DNA from: Candidatus Caldarchaeales archaeon
Lineage (GTDB): Archaea > Thermoproteota > Nitrososphaeria_A > Caldarchaeales > Calditenuaceae
DNA length: 64,000 bases
NCBI GenBank assembly: GCA_039630085.1
Contig: JBCNVM010000001.1
Span: forward strand, 1-64,000
Reading direction: 5' to 3'
The position numbers and the translations under genes were made by a program. Of the stretch, positions 38,997-48,351 are shown one piece after another. The number at the start of each line of letters is the position of its first letter. The stretch's first letter is position 1. Under the pieces are notes generated by a model that was given only the letters and a program-made list of their open reading frames with translations, had not been told where the DNA came from and did not search any database.

Positions 38997-39554
38997 TCAC
39001 CTAGAGGCCAGCGCGACCCTCTCCTGCTCGATCTTCTTCTTGACCGCGTAGCTCTTGACGTCGTTCGACGCGGCAGCGATGATCTCGTCTGCGAGCGCCT
39101 CGTCTATTGTCTTTGCGGACCTGAAGGAGCTAGCCCTCGCGCCCTCCGCCATCCACCTCAGGGCCAGGTCGAGCCTCCTCTGGGGAGAGATGTCGACGGC
39201 CTTGAAGTAGGTGATGCCTCCGTAGGTGACCCGCGTCGTGTCCTCCCTGGGAGCCGCGTTCTCGATCGCCCTGACTAATACCTGAATCGGGTTCTCACCG
39301 GTCCTCAGCTGAATGATGTGGAGCGCGTTCTTCACCGCGAGCAGGGCCTTCTGCTTCTTCCCTCCGTTCTTGCCGGGCCTCATCAGCATGTTCGCGAGCC
39401 TCTCGACGACGTTCACGTTCGCCTTCCCGAACCTCCTGTGCTCGTGCCGGCCGCCGCTGTGGGGGAGGACCACGGGCTTCAGGTTGATGTACGCTCGAAG
39501 CCCCGGGTCCCTGACCTCGACGCCGCTGACGTCCCACTGGTCGAAGACCTTCAT
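38997..39554 (-). CDS. rps7: 30S ribosomal protein uS7
   Basis: [41 protein letters not shown]. Confidence 0.96.
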   Translation of the reverse strand: MKVFDQWDVSGVEVRDPGLRAYINLKPVVLPHSGGRHEHRRFGKANVNVVERLANMLMRPGKNGGKKQKALLAVKNALHIIQLRTGENPIQVLVRAIENAAPREDTTRVTYGGITYFKAVDISPQRRLDLALRWMAEGARASSFRSAKTIDEALADEIIAAASNDVKSYAVKKKIEQERVALASR

Positions 39555-39673
39555 CGTCCGTCGTGAGCAGCCGCCGCAACAATTTAAGCGTGGTCTCCCG
39601 GAGGGCCTGACGTCCGGACCGCGAGTGCGGGCGATTACGGTTATAAAAGGGGCGTTCGGATTGTGACAGCGGG

Positions 39674-40129
39674 TTGTTGGAGCGGAAGTCTGCGGGGGCG
39701 GTGATATTCAACGACAGCATCGGAGACCGGTACTACCTGTTGCTCCTCTACAGCGCTGGGCACTGGGACTTCCCCAAGGGCGGGATCGAGGAGGGCGAGA
39801 CCGAGGTCGAGGCGGTGGTCAGGGAGGTCTACGAGGAGACCGGGATAAGGGAGATGCAGTTGATAGACGGGTTCAGGCAGACGATCCAGTACTCCTACAG
39901 GAGCCAGCAGGGAGAGGTGAGGAAGAGCGTGGTCTTCTACCTCGCGAAGACCGCGACGTTCGACGTCAGGCTCAGCCACGAGCACAAGGGCTACGCGTGG
40001 CTGAAGTACGAGGACGCGATCGACCAGCTCACGTACAACACCGCGAAGTCGGTGCTGAGGGTCGCCGACGTCTTCCTGAACGGCCTGAGGAGGTCGAGCC
40101 AAGAGGGCAAAATTAAGGCCCTGAGGTAG
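39674..40129 (+). CDS. Nudix hydrolase (Ap4A hydrolase-like)
   Basis: [14 protein letters not shown]...REVYEETG Nudix box; LSHEH. Confidence 0.88.
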   Translation: MLERKSAGAVIFNDSIGDRYYLLLLYSAGHWDFPKGGIEEGETEVEAVVREVYEETGIREMQLIDGFRQTIQYSYRSQQGEVRKSVVFYLAKTATFDVRLSHEHKGYAWLKYEDAIDQLTYNTAKSVLRVADVFLNGLRRSSQEGKIKALR

Positions 40130-40135
40130 GCGCGC

Positions 40136-41863
40136 TTGACGGGCAGGATCGCGGTCCTGACGCTACTCGCAGCCCTGATCTTCGCCAGCTTCGGGACCGT
40201 CGTCGGGGAGGAACATCAGCTCGAGCTGGAGGTCGTCGACGCCACGGGAAGGCCCGTGTCCGGTGTCGAGCTGGCGCTGATCGACGGAGGGGTGAGGAGG
40301 GCCTTCAGGACGACCGACGCTGGTCTCGCGGTCTTCAGGGCCCTCCAAGCCGGGACCTACCTCGCCCAGCTCCAGGTGGACGGGGTTCTGGTCCTCAACG
40401 AGACGGTCTCCGTGCCTCACGAGGGTAGGCCTAGGCTCGTGGCCAAGGTCGCGCCGCTGAGCCTAGTCGTCCTCGACGCCGACGGCCTCCCCGTGAAGGG
40501 CCTGACGGTCAGAGTGGCGGCCGGCGCGGGAAGGGTCGTAAGGGAGGCGGTGACCGGGGAGGCGGGGACCGTCACGTACAGCAACCTCCCGCTGTCGGAG
40601 CTCCCTGCCGTGGGCGTATACACCGTCTCGATCAGGGTCCAGGGAGTTACGGCCGAACTGGGGACCCTGAGGCACGACCTATCCAGGGAGCGCTACGAGT
40701 TCGCCGGCCCCTTCGCGACGGTCCGGATAAGGGTCGTCGACTTGGCGGGCAACCCCCTCCCCGACGGCTCGGTCACGCTCCTCGCCGGCCGGGTGACCTA
40801 CAGGGCGGGCATCGAGGAGGGCAACGCCGAGCTAAGGGGCGTCCTGACCTCCGACGTCGCCGGGATGTACGGCATCTCGGTCTTCAGGCTCTACGGGAGG
40901 AACCGCGTCAACGTCACGCTGCTCGACACGTCGCTGGAACTGGTCAGGTCGACCAACCTGACCCTCGTTGCCAACGCTCTGGACCTCGAGGTCAGGGCAC
41001 TGGCCGACGGCCAGGACCCGATAGCGAGTGCGCGGGTGTCCGTGATCTCCGCGAGGGGCGAGCTGGACTCCGGGGTCACCGACTCCGAGGGGAGGGCGAA
41101 GTTCAGGGCCCTGCCCGCCTCTCAGGCGGCTGAGGTCGGGGACTTGAGGCTGAGCCTCAGCCTCGGCGGGCGTTCCCTCCTTAACGTCACGCACAGGTTG
41201 ACCCTCGAGGGCACCTCGCTCAGGCTCGCGGCAAGGAGGGTGGAGCTAATGGTAAGCTTGGTCGCCGCCGACGGGTCCCCGCTCGCGGGAGCGCTGGTCC
41301 AAACAACCGAACCCGGCACTGGCAGGAGGATCAACGCGACGTCGGACCGTTCCGGCATCGCACGTGTCAAGGCCCTGCCGGTCCCGCTGAGGGTTTCCGT
41401 CTTTTACGAGGGGGTTGTGGTCCACGCCGCGGACCTCGACCCCTCTAAGGGGACGGCCGAAGTCAGGGTCTCAGGCGCGAGGATACCTGTGACGGTCGAG
41501 GTGAGGGACTGGCTCGGCGCGAAGTCGCCCGGCTTGACTCTGAGGGCCCATCAGTCGGGCAGGGAGGTCGCTGTCCAGAGGACGGACGGCTCGTTCTCGC
41601 TGGTCGTCCCCGTGAAGGGGAGCCTGGCTCTGGAGGTTTACCTCGACGGCCGCCTGATCGAGAAGAGGGTTCTGGCGGTGACCGCGCCTTCCCACGAGGT
41701 CCTGGTGGTTAGCGGGCTCTTCGCCGGCGGCGGCCTGATGGGGCCGGAGGCGATAGGGCTGGCCTTCTCGGCGACGGTCTCCACGGCGATGATCGCGGCC
41801 GGGGTCTCCTTGGTCCTGAGGGCCCGGAGGCGGACGTCTGCGGCTCAGGCGAGGGCTTCGTAG
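40136..41863 (+). CDS. Surface protein with repeated carboxypeptidase-regulatory-like (Ig) domains
   Basis: Signal peptide; repeated V.D..G.P..G..V / TD..G units; C-terminal TM plus basic tail. Confidence 0.7.
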   Translation: MTGRIAVLTLLAALIFASFGTVVGEEHQLELEVVDATGRPVSGVELALIDGGVRRAFRTTDAGLAVFRALQAGTYLAQLQVDGVLVLNETVSVPHEGRPRLVAKVAPLSLVVLDADGLPVKGLTVRVAAGAGRVVREAVTGEAGTVTYSNLPLSELPAVGVYTVSIRVQGVTAELGTLRHDLSRERYEFAGPFATVRIRVVDLAGNPLPDGSVTLLAGRVTYRAGIEEGNAELRGVLTSDVAGMYGISVFRLYGRNRVNVTLLDTSLELVRSTNLTLVANALDLEVRALADGQDPIASARVSVISARGELDSGVTDSEGRAKFRALPASQAAEVGDLRLSLSLGGRSLLNVTHRLTLEGTSLRLAARRVELMVSLVAADGSPLAGALVQTTEPGTGRRINATSDRSGIARVKALPVPLRVSVFYEGVVVHAADLDPSKGTAEVRVSGARIPVTVEVRDWLGAKSPGLTLRAHQSGREVAVQRTDGSFSLVVPVKGSLALEVYLDGRLIEKRVLAVTAPSHEVLVVSGLFAGGGLMGPEAIGLAFSATVSTAMIAAGVSLVLRARRRTSAAQARAS

Positions 41864-42765
41864 AGCCTCAGGTAGGACTTGGTCACCCTCCGGTAGTCGA
41901 GGTCCTTCACGATCTCCCTGCCCCTCCTGATCAGCCTGTCCCTGGCCGACTCCAGCTCCCCGAATGCCTCCACCCACCTCTCAGGGACGGGGTCGGTCAG
42001 CAGCACCGCGTCCTCGAAGGGCTCGAAGGCCGGGATCCTGTTCGCGATGACCGGGCACCCCGAGGCCCAGGCCTCCAGCAGGACGCTCGGCATCCCCTCC
42101 CAACTCGACGTGATCATCAGGCAGACCGCGGACTTCATATGGGATATCACCTCCCTCCAGGGCGCGACCCGTTCAACGCCGAAGGCGACGTGCCTGACCC
42201 CGAGCCTCCTCACCACCTCCTTGAAGAGGCGGTAGTTCTTGATCGGGTCGTTCCTCCCTACGAAGAGGACGCAGCTCTCCTCGGCGGGCTCGACCTCCTC
42301 GATCGCCCGGACGTCGGTCATGTTGGGTATCCAGGTCCAACCCCTCCTGTCGGCTTCGTAACGCATCACGGTCGTGAGGGCACCAACGCGTCCCCGCATC
42401 GCCCTGATCCCGAACCAGAGCGCGTCCGCGACCGGCCCGTACTTCATCCTGAACTCGGCCTCTCCGCCGTGCACGGTGACCACGCCCCTCTCCGCGAAGG
42501 CGAGCGATGCCAGCAGCTTCGGCGAGTGGACGTGCACCACATCGAACCCCCTCACCCTCAGCGACGCCCCGACCGAGAAGGTGAGCGACTTGAGCTTCGG
42601 GACTCCCAGCGCCCACGCGTTGCCCGCGTGCACCGCGACGGCGTTCACCCCTTCCTCCCTCAGCCCCCTGTGGAGCAGTTGGACGTGCCTGCCGGATCCG
42701 CTCGCGCCGCCGTAGGTGTAGTTGACCAGAGCGACCCTCAACCCTTCGCCGACGGTGCGTTCCAA
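41845..42765 (-). CDS. GT4 glycosyltransferase
   Basis: DVVHVH, FVGR..PIKN, SSWEGMPSVLLEAWASGCPVI. Confidence 0.88.
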   Translation of the reverse strand: MERTVGEGLRVALVNYTYGGASGSGRHVQLLHRGLREEGVNAVAVHAGNAWALGVPKLKSLTFSVGASLRVRGFDVVHVHSPKLLASLAFAERGVVTVHGGEAEFRMKYGPVADALWFGIRAMRGRVGALTTVMRYEADRRGWTWIPNMTDVRAIEEVEPAEESCVLFVGRNDPIKNYRLFKEVVRRLGVRHVAFGVERVAPWREVISHMKSAVCLMITSSWEGMPSVLLEAWASGCPVIANRIPAFEPFEDAVLLTDPVPERWVEAFGELESARDRLIRRGREIVKDLDYRRVTKSYLRLYEALA

Positions 42766-42800
42766 CGTTTAATAGGTGAACCCGTGTCCGGACCGCAGAG

Positions 42801-43226
42801 ATGTCGGCCGAGGCGCAGGCGCAGCAGCCGAAGAGGGAGGAGAAGCTCGTCTGGGGGGTCGTCCACATCTATTCCTCCTACAACAACGTCGTCGTCCACG
42901 TGACTGACCTGACCGGCTCGGAGACGTTCGCGAGGGCCTCCGGGGGGATGTTCGTGACCGGGGGGAGGATGGAGGCCTCGCCCTACGCGGCGATGAGGGC
43001 CGCGAGCTTCGCGATGGAGGTCGCGAAGTCGAAGGGCATCAACGCGGTCCACATCAAGGTCAGGGCGCCGGGAGGCGTGAAGTCGAAGACCCCGGGTCCC
43101 GGGACGCAGGCCGCGATAAGGGCGATCGCCAGGTCCGGCCTCCTAATCGGGAGGATCGAGGACGTCACGCCCACGTCCCACGACAGCGTCAGGAAGAAGG
43201 GGGGCAGGAGGGGAAGGCGGGTCTAG
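42801..43226 (+). CDS. rps11: 30S ribosomal protein uS11
   Basis: [38 protein letters not shown]. Confidence 0.96.
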   Translation: MSAEAQAQQPKREEKLVWGVVHIYSSYNNVVVHVTDLTGSETFARASGGMFVTGGRMEASPYAAMRAASFAMEVAKSKGINAVHIKVRAPGGVKSKTPGPGTQAAIRAIARSGLLIGRIEDVTPTSHDSVRKKGGRRGRRV

Positions 43227-43277
43227 GCCCCGGGATTTAAATACAGGTTAAAATCCTCGAGCGCGGTTGCTCCGAAT

Positions 43278-43772
43278 GTGAAGAGGCTCTACCTTGCGGT
43301 CTTGGCGGTCGTGATCGCGGTCGTCGCGGGCGTCGGTGTGGTCTTCGGCGTCGGGTCGGTGCCAGTCGCGGAGGACGTGGCCGCGCGACACGGCACGAAG
43401 GCCGGAGCCATCTTCCTGAACCTCAGGAACAACGGCTTCTTAGCCGACTGCGTCGTGGGCGTCGAGGTCTACGGCGAGACCAAGGACGGCAAGAGGGTCG
43501 ATCTCCAGTCGGAGCTCCACACGACCGTCATGGAGGGCAACGTGATGAAGATGGTTAAGGTGGACAGGGTCTGCGTCGGGCCCTTCAGCGTCGTCAGAAT
43601 GAGGGGCGCCGAGGGAGAGGGCTACCACGTGATGGTCTTCGGCGAGATCGAGAAGGTCGACATGTACCACGTCTACCTGAAGTTCCAGAGCGGCAAGGTC
43701 CTCCACTTCCACGTGAAGGCTCCGACCGCGACCGGTCACACCGACCACGGCATGGGACACAAGCACGGCTGA
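43278..43772 (+). CDS. PCu(A)C copper chaperone
   Basis: ELHTTVMEGNVMKM...GYHVM motif; N-terminal anchor; His-rich tail. Confidence 0.8.
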   Translation: MKRLYLAVLAVVIAVVAGVGVVFGVGSVPVAEDVAARHGTKAGAIFLNLRNNGFLADCVVGVEVYGETKDGKRVDLQSELHTTVMEGNVMKMVKVDRVCVGPFSVVRMRGAEGEGYHVMVFGEIEKVDMYHVYLKFQSGKVLHFHVKAPTATGHTDHGMGHKHG

Positions 43773-43838
43773 CCCATCCCCTCGAGTTAACTCTCTAAGG
43801 GTAAGCTTATTTATTGTTCTTGGACTTCGTGAGACGAA

Positions 43839-45620
43839 ATGGGGAGGATCCTGGAGGAGCTCTCAAACCGGTCATCGAGGAGGCTCGGGTACTGGGCCGA
43901 CCTCAGGGCCAGGCGGGAGGAGAGGAGGAACAGGTCGCCGATGTTTAGGGAAGAGGCGCTCGAGAGGTTGAGGACCCTCCAGTCGTTATGGGAGAAGAAG
44001 TATCAGGAGAGCGTCTGCGCGATGCCGGAGAGGAAGAGGTCCTTCGAGACGACCTCGGGAATCGAGGTCAAGCCGCTCTACACGCCGCTGGACGTCAGCT
44101 GGCTCGACTACGAGACCGACCTCGGCTTCCCGGGCGAGTACCCCTACACGAGGGGAGTTTACACGTCGATGTACAGGTCCAAGGTCTGGACGATGCGGAT
44201 GTTCGCGGGCTTCGGGACCCCCGAGGACACCAACAGGCGGTTCAAGTTCCTGCTGGATCACGGCGAGACCGGCCTGAGCCTGGCCTTCGACATGCCGACC
44301 CTCTACGGCTACGACCCCGACAGCCCGAGGGCCGAGGGCGAGGTGGGGAAGTGCGGCGTCTCGGTCGCGACCGTGAAGGACATGGAGGTGATCTTCGAGG
44401 GCATTCCACTGGACAAGGTCAGCGTCTCCATGACGATCAACGCGCCTGCGGCTGTCCTCCTCGCGATGCTGGTCGTCGTCGCGGAGAGGCAGGGCGTGCC
44501 GATGCGCGCGCTCAGCGGAACTACGCAGACCGACATACTGAAGGAATTCATCGCCCAGAAGGAGTGGGCCTTCACGCCCGAGGCCCACCTCCGGATCATC
44601 AGGGACATGATGGAGTTCTGCACCGAGAACATGCCCAAGTGGCACTACGTCAGCGTCAGCGGGTACCACATAAGGGAGGCCGGGGCCAGCGCGGCCCAGG
44701 AGCTGAGCTTCACCCTGATGGACGGGTTCACCTACGTCGATCTTGGAATATCCTCCGGCCTGAAGCCCGACGAGTTCCTCCCGCGCTTCTCGTTCTTCTT
44801 CAACTCCACGATGAACTTCTTCGAGGAGATCGCGAAGTTCAGGGCCTCAAGGAAGATCTGGGCCACCGTGATGAGGGAGTTCTACGGCGTCCGGAATCCG
44901 AGGGCCCTCACCCTTAGGTTCCACACGCAGAACTCCGGTGCCTCGCTGACGTGGCAGCAGCCGCTGAACAACATCATCAGGACAACGATCGAGGCCCTCG
45001 CCGCGGTCCTAGGCGGGACCCAGTCTCTCCACACCAACTCCTACGACGAGGCTTGGGCCCTTCCGTCCGAGGAGGCGGTCCTCGTGGCCCTCAGGACCCA
45101 GCAGATAATCGCAGAGGAGACCGACATCCCCGACACGATCGACCCGCTCGCGGGCTCCTACTTCGTCGAGTGGCTGACGGACCAGATGGTCGAGAAGGCC
45201 CTCGACTACTTCTACAAGATCGACGAGCTCGGAGGGATGGTGAGGGCGATCGAGACGGGATACGTCCAGAGGGAGATACACGAGGTCGCATACAGGACGC
45301 AGCTGGCGGTCGAGCGGGGCGAGTCCGTGATAGTCGGCGTCAACAAGTACGTCATCCCCGATGAGAAGCCGATCAGATACCTCAGGATCGACGAGAGGGT
45401 GAGGGACGTTCAGGTCGCGAGGCTGGAGGAGGTCAAGAGGACGAGGGACAGGGAGAGGGTGGCGAGGGCCCTCGACCAGCTCAGGTGGGCCTTCGAGCAC
45501 GAGGACGTCAACGTGATGCCCTACATCATCGAGGCGGTCAGGTCCCACGCGACGCTGGAGGAGATAATGAACGTCGGCCGCGAGGTCTTCGGGACCTGGA
45601 AGGAGCCCCAGATCATCTGA
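43839..45620 (+). CDS. icmA: B12-dependent acyl-CoA mutase large subunit, isobutyryl-CoA mutase-like
   Basis: PGEYPYTRG, WTMRMFAGF, QTDILKEFIAQKEW, SGYHIREAG, QSLHTNSYDE. Confidence 0.8.
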   Translation: MGRILEELSNRSSRRLGYWADLRARREERRNRSPMFREEALERLRTLQSLWEKKYQESVCAMPERKRSFETTSGIEVKPLYTPLDVSWLDYETDLGFPGEYPYTRGVYTSMYRSKVWTMRMFAGFGTPEDTNRRFKFLLDHGETGLSLAFDMPTLYGYDPDSPRAEGEVGKCGVSVATVKDMEVIFEGIPLDKVSVSMTINAPAAVLLAMLVVVAERQGVPMRALSGTTQTDILKEFIAQKEWAFTPEAHLRIIRDMMEFCTENMPKWHYVSVSGYHIREAGASAAQELSFTLMDGFTYVDLGISSGLKPDEFLPRFSFFFNSTMNFFEEIAKFRASRKIWATVMREFYGVRNPRALTLRFHTQNSGASLTWQQPLNNIIRTTIEALAAVLGGTQSLHTNSYDEAWALPSEEAVLVALRTQQIIAEETDIPDTIDPLAGSYFVEWLTDQMVEKALDYFYKIDELGGMVRAIETGYVQREIHEVAYRTQLAVERGESVIVGVNKYVIPDEKPIRYLRIDERVRDVQVARLEEVKRTRDRERVARALDQLRWAFEHEDVNVMPYIIEAVRSHATLEEIMNVGREVFGTWKEPQII

Positions 45621-45638
45621 GCCGGCGCCGATTCCCCT

Positions 45639-46076
45639 TCAGCCCGCCTCCTTCCACCTCTCCCTTCTCACCCTTTCGACGATGTGGTTGATGATCACGT
45701 CCAGCGGCGTGCCCGGCCCGAAGTTCCCGGAGATCCCCTCGCTCTCCAAGATGGGCCTGTCCTCCGGCGGTATGATGCCACCCCCGACGACGATCTTGTC
45801 CCCCGCTCCCCTCTCCCTCAGGAGCCTCGCGACCCTGATGAAGTTGGGGATGTGGTCGGCGTTGTGGAGGCTCAGCGCCACCACGTCGACGTCCTCCTGT
45901 ATCGCGATCTCCACCACCTCCTCGGGGCTCCGGAGTATGCCGCCGTAGACTACCTCCATCCCCGCGTCCCTGAAGGCCCTCGCCAGTATCAGCAGGCCCC
46001 TGTCGTGGCCGTCGAGCCCCGGCTTCGCGAGGAGTATCCTGATCCTCCGAACGCCCCTCTGGGCCTGCTCGGTCAT
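45639..46076 (-). CDS. Cobalamin-binding small subunit of acyl-CoA mutase
   Basis: KPGLDGHDRG (DxHxxG), QEDVDVVALS, GGGIIP, FGPGT. Confidence 0.92.
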   Translation of the reverse strand: MTEQAQRGVRRIRILLAKPGLDGHDRGLLILARAFRDAGMEVVYGGILRSPEEVVEIAIQEDVDVVALSLHNADHIPNFIRVARLLRERGAGDKIVVGGGIIPPEDRPILESEGISGNFGPGTPLDVIINHIVERVRRERWKEAG

Positions 46077-46174
46077 CCCGGGTTCTAGCCGGGAAGCCTC
46101 GGGTAATTAGAGTTCGCCGGCCGGTCTGAGGGGGTTCGGTTCTTTTACCGGCCCCTTCCCCGATAACCCGGTCG

Positions 46175-46990
46175 GTGGGGTTGGTCCTGAACTACGGCGA
46201 CAGGGTGCTCCTCCTCACCGAGAGGGGCAACAGGTACCTCGTGACGCTCAAGCGGGGCGAGAGGTTGCATTCGGAGGACGGAGTCGTGAGCCACGACTCG
46301 CTGATCGGACTCGAGCACGGCGACGTCGTCGAGTCCAGCACCGGCGTTAGGGCCGCGGTCCTTTACCCGACCGTCTACGAGCTCTTGGCCTCGATGCCCC
46401 GCAGGACCCAGATCGTCTACCCGAAGGACCTCGGGATGATCGCGTTCCTCGCCGACGCAAGGCCGGGTTCCAGGATCGTCGAGGGCGGAACCGGGAGCGG
46501 CGTGCTCGCGCTCTACCTCGCGACCCGCGTCAGCCCCGGCGGCCTGGTGGTCAGCTACGATCTCTCCGACGAGAGGTTCCCCGTGATAGAGCGGACGGCC
46601 GAGAGGCTCGGCGTGAGGCAGGCCCTGGCGCTGAGGAAGGGAGACCTCGCGGAGCCCGAGGAGAGGGACGTGGACGCGTTCGTCGCCGACGTCCCGGAGC
46701 CTTGGGGCGTCGTCGGGGGCGCGGTGAAGGCCCTGAGGGGAGGGGGGACCTTCGTCGCGATCGTCCCCTCGGTGAACCAGCTCGAGAGGACGGTCTCGGC
46801 GATGAGGGCTTCGGGCATCGTCGACTACTTCGTGGGCGAGCTGATGATAAGGCCGTGGAGGGTCAGGGTCGGCGCGACGAGGCCGGTCCACGTTACGCGG
46901 GGCCACACGGTCTTCATCGCGTCCGGCCGGAAGGTCAACGCGGGGGACGTCTCGTCCTGGAACCTGAAGCTGCCCCTAGGGTTCAGGTGA
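46175..46990 (+). CDS. trmI: tRNA (adenine-N1)-methyltransferase TrmI
   Basis: RRTQIVYPKD, EGGTGSG, DVPEPW, TRP...GHT. Confidence 0.92.
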   Translation: MGLVLNYGDRVLLLTERGNRYLVTLKRGERLHSEDGVVSHDSLIGLEHGDVVESSTGVRAAVLYPTVYELLASMPRRTQIVYPKDLGMIAFLADARPGSRIVEGGTGSGVLALYLATRVSPGGLVVSYDLSDERFPVIERTAERLGVRQALALRKGDLAEPEERDVDAFVADVPEPWGVVGGAVKALRGGGTFVAIVPSVNQLERTVSAMRASGIVDYFVGELMIRPWRVRVGATRPVHVTRGHTVFIASGRKVNAGDVSSWNLKLPLGFR

Positions 46991-47591
46991 CCCTGAGGCT
47001 GGACTCGAGGAGGTTGAGGTACTCGATCAGCCTGGAGGAGAGCTCCTGGGCGTGCTGGAACGGATAGGACTGCGGGTATCTGCAGGACATCTTGACGTAG
47101 TAGCACTTGGCGTAGGACGCAGCGGCTATCGCGGCCATCTCGCTTAACCTCTGGTGCTCCTCTATCTCCTCGAGGGGCTCGAGGCCCCGCCTCCTCGAGA
47201 CGTCCTCGTCCCTGCTCCTCCTCTCGAGGATGTCCTCGGGCCTGAAGTCAAGAAAGACCACCGCGTGGGGCCTGATCGCCTCCAGCAGGTCCGGAGGGAG
47301 ACCCGGGTAGTAACCGAAGGGCGACTTGATGAGGGAGTGGGTGTCCACGAGGACCTTTCCGTCCATCGCGCCTATCCTCCTCGCGGCCTCGAGCTGGACG
47401 ACCCTGTACTCCTCGACCGGGATGGCCCTCCTCATCTCGTCCCTTGAGCTCAGGTTGTACCTGGTCTTCGCGATCTCGAACATCACGTCGCCGAGGTTCG
47501 TCACCACGACCTCCGGGGCCTTCTCCCTCACCATCCTGAGGATCGTCGTCTTGCCAGATCCTGGGACCGCAGTCACGATGACCCGCACCAT
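46983..47591 (-). CDS. adkA: Archaeal adenylate kinase
   Basis: TAVPGSGKTT, RDEMR, VDTH...P.GYYPGLP. Confidence 0.9.
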   Translation of the reverse strand: MVRVIVTAVPGSGKTTILRMVREKAPEVVVTNLGDVMFEIAKTRYNLSSRDEMRRAIPVEEYRVVQLEAARRIGAMDGKVLVDTHSLIKSPFGYYPGLPPDLLEAIRPHAVVFLDFRPEDILERRSRDEDVSRRRGLEPLEEIEEHQRLSEMAAIAAASYAKCYYVKMSCRYPQSYPFQHAQELSSRLIEYLNLLESSLRVT

Positions 47592-47628
47592 AACCGCGGA
47601 ATGTCCTGCGAGCGGGCGCCTAATTGAG

Positions 47629-47868
47629 CTATACCCTGCCGATGCGGAGCTCCGGGAAGAGGGACCTGGCCGCCTCGATGACGTCCTCCCTCCTCACGGT
47701 CCTCCTGCCCGCGGACGCGGCAACCTCGATCGCCCTCGCGCTGATCTTCATCCCTATCAGCTCCAGTATCGCCCTCAGCTCCTCCGCGGCCTCCTCGCTG
47801 ACCCTGACGGCCCCTGCCCTCTTCAGCATCCTGTGGACAGGGGCCATCGAGAGCTCCCGCATCCCCAT
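47629..47868 (-). CDS. Archaeal histone (HMf family)
   Basis: EL..APV.R..K.AGA.RVS..A...AGRRTV..EDV histone-fold signature. Confidence 0.88.
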   Translation of the reverse strand: MGMRELSMAPVHRMLKRAGAVRVSEEAAEELRAILELIGMKISARAIEVAASAGRRTVRREDVIEAARSLFPELRIGRV

Positions 47869-48351
47869 CGACTCTACCGCGCAGCGGGCTATAGCGTTTC
47901 ACGGCGCCCGGGATCCGCGAGCTCGAGGGGTTCGGGGTCGTCCCGAGGAAGTTCCGTTCGATGGCATGGGCCGCCCTCTACGCCGGGGGACGATCAGAAT
48001 GGGATCCGGACATGTTGATGTCGAGGAGCTCGGGTTCCGGCGATCGACGCGGACGGCAGATCGGCTCCCGGCGTTCGGGGCCTCATCTTTGGGGCTACGA
48101 ATCAAAGAGCGACTCAGTGCGCGAGTCGGTGGCGGAGACTGAAGGCAGTGGTCAAGCCCTCGTCCCGTACGGCTACCGCGTCTGTCCAGGACGACGTTGT
48201 CTGCGGAGCTTGGACCACGGCGACTCCGCCTCAGTGGGCCGCGCGCACTCCTGAGAAGATGAAAGCCGCTGTGACGTCGAGCGCTTGAGCCGTTTCTCCC
48301 GAGCAGGGAGAAGCTCAGCATTTATTCCGAGGTCACGGGATCGAACTTCGG

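Noticed and set aside
47945-47955. GAGGAAGTTCC, resembling the 5' P4 motif of RNase P RNA
   Set aside because: No matching 3' AACAGAA...GCTTA element or P4 complement visible downstream
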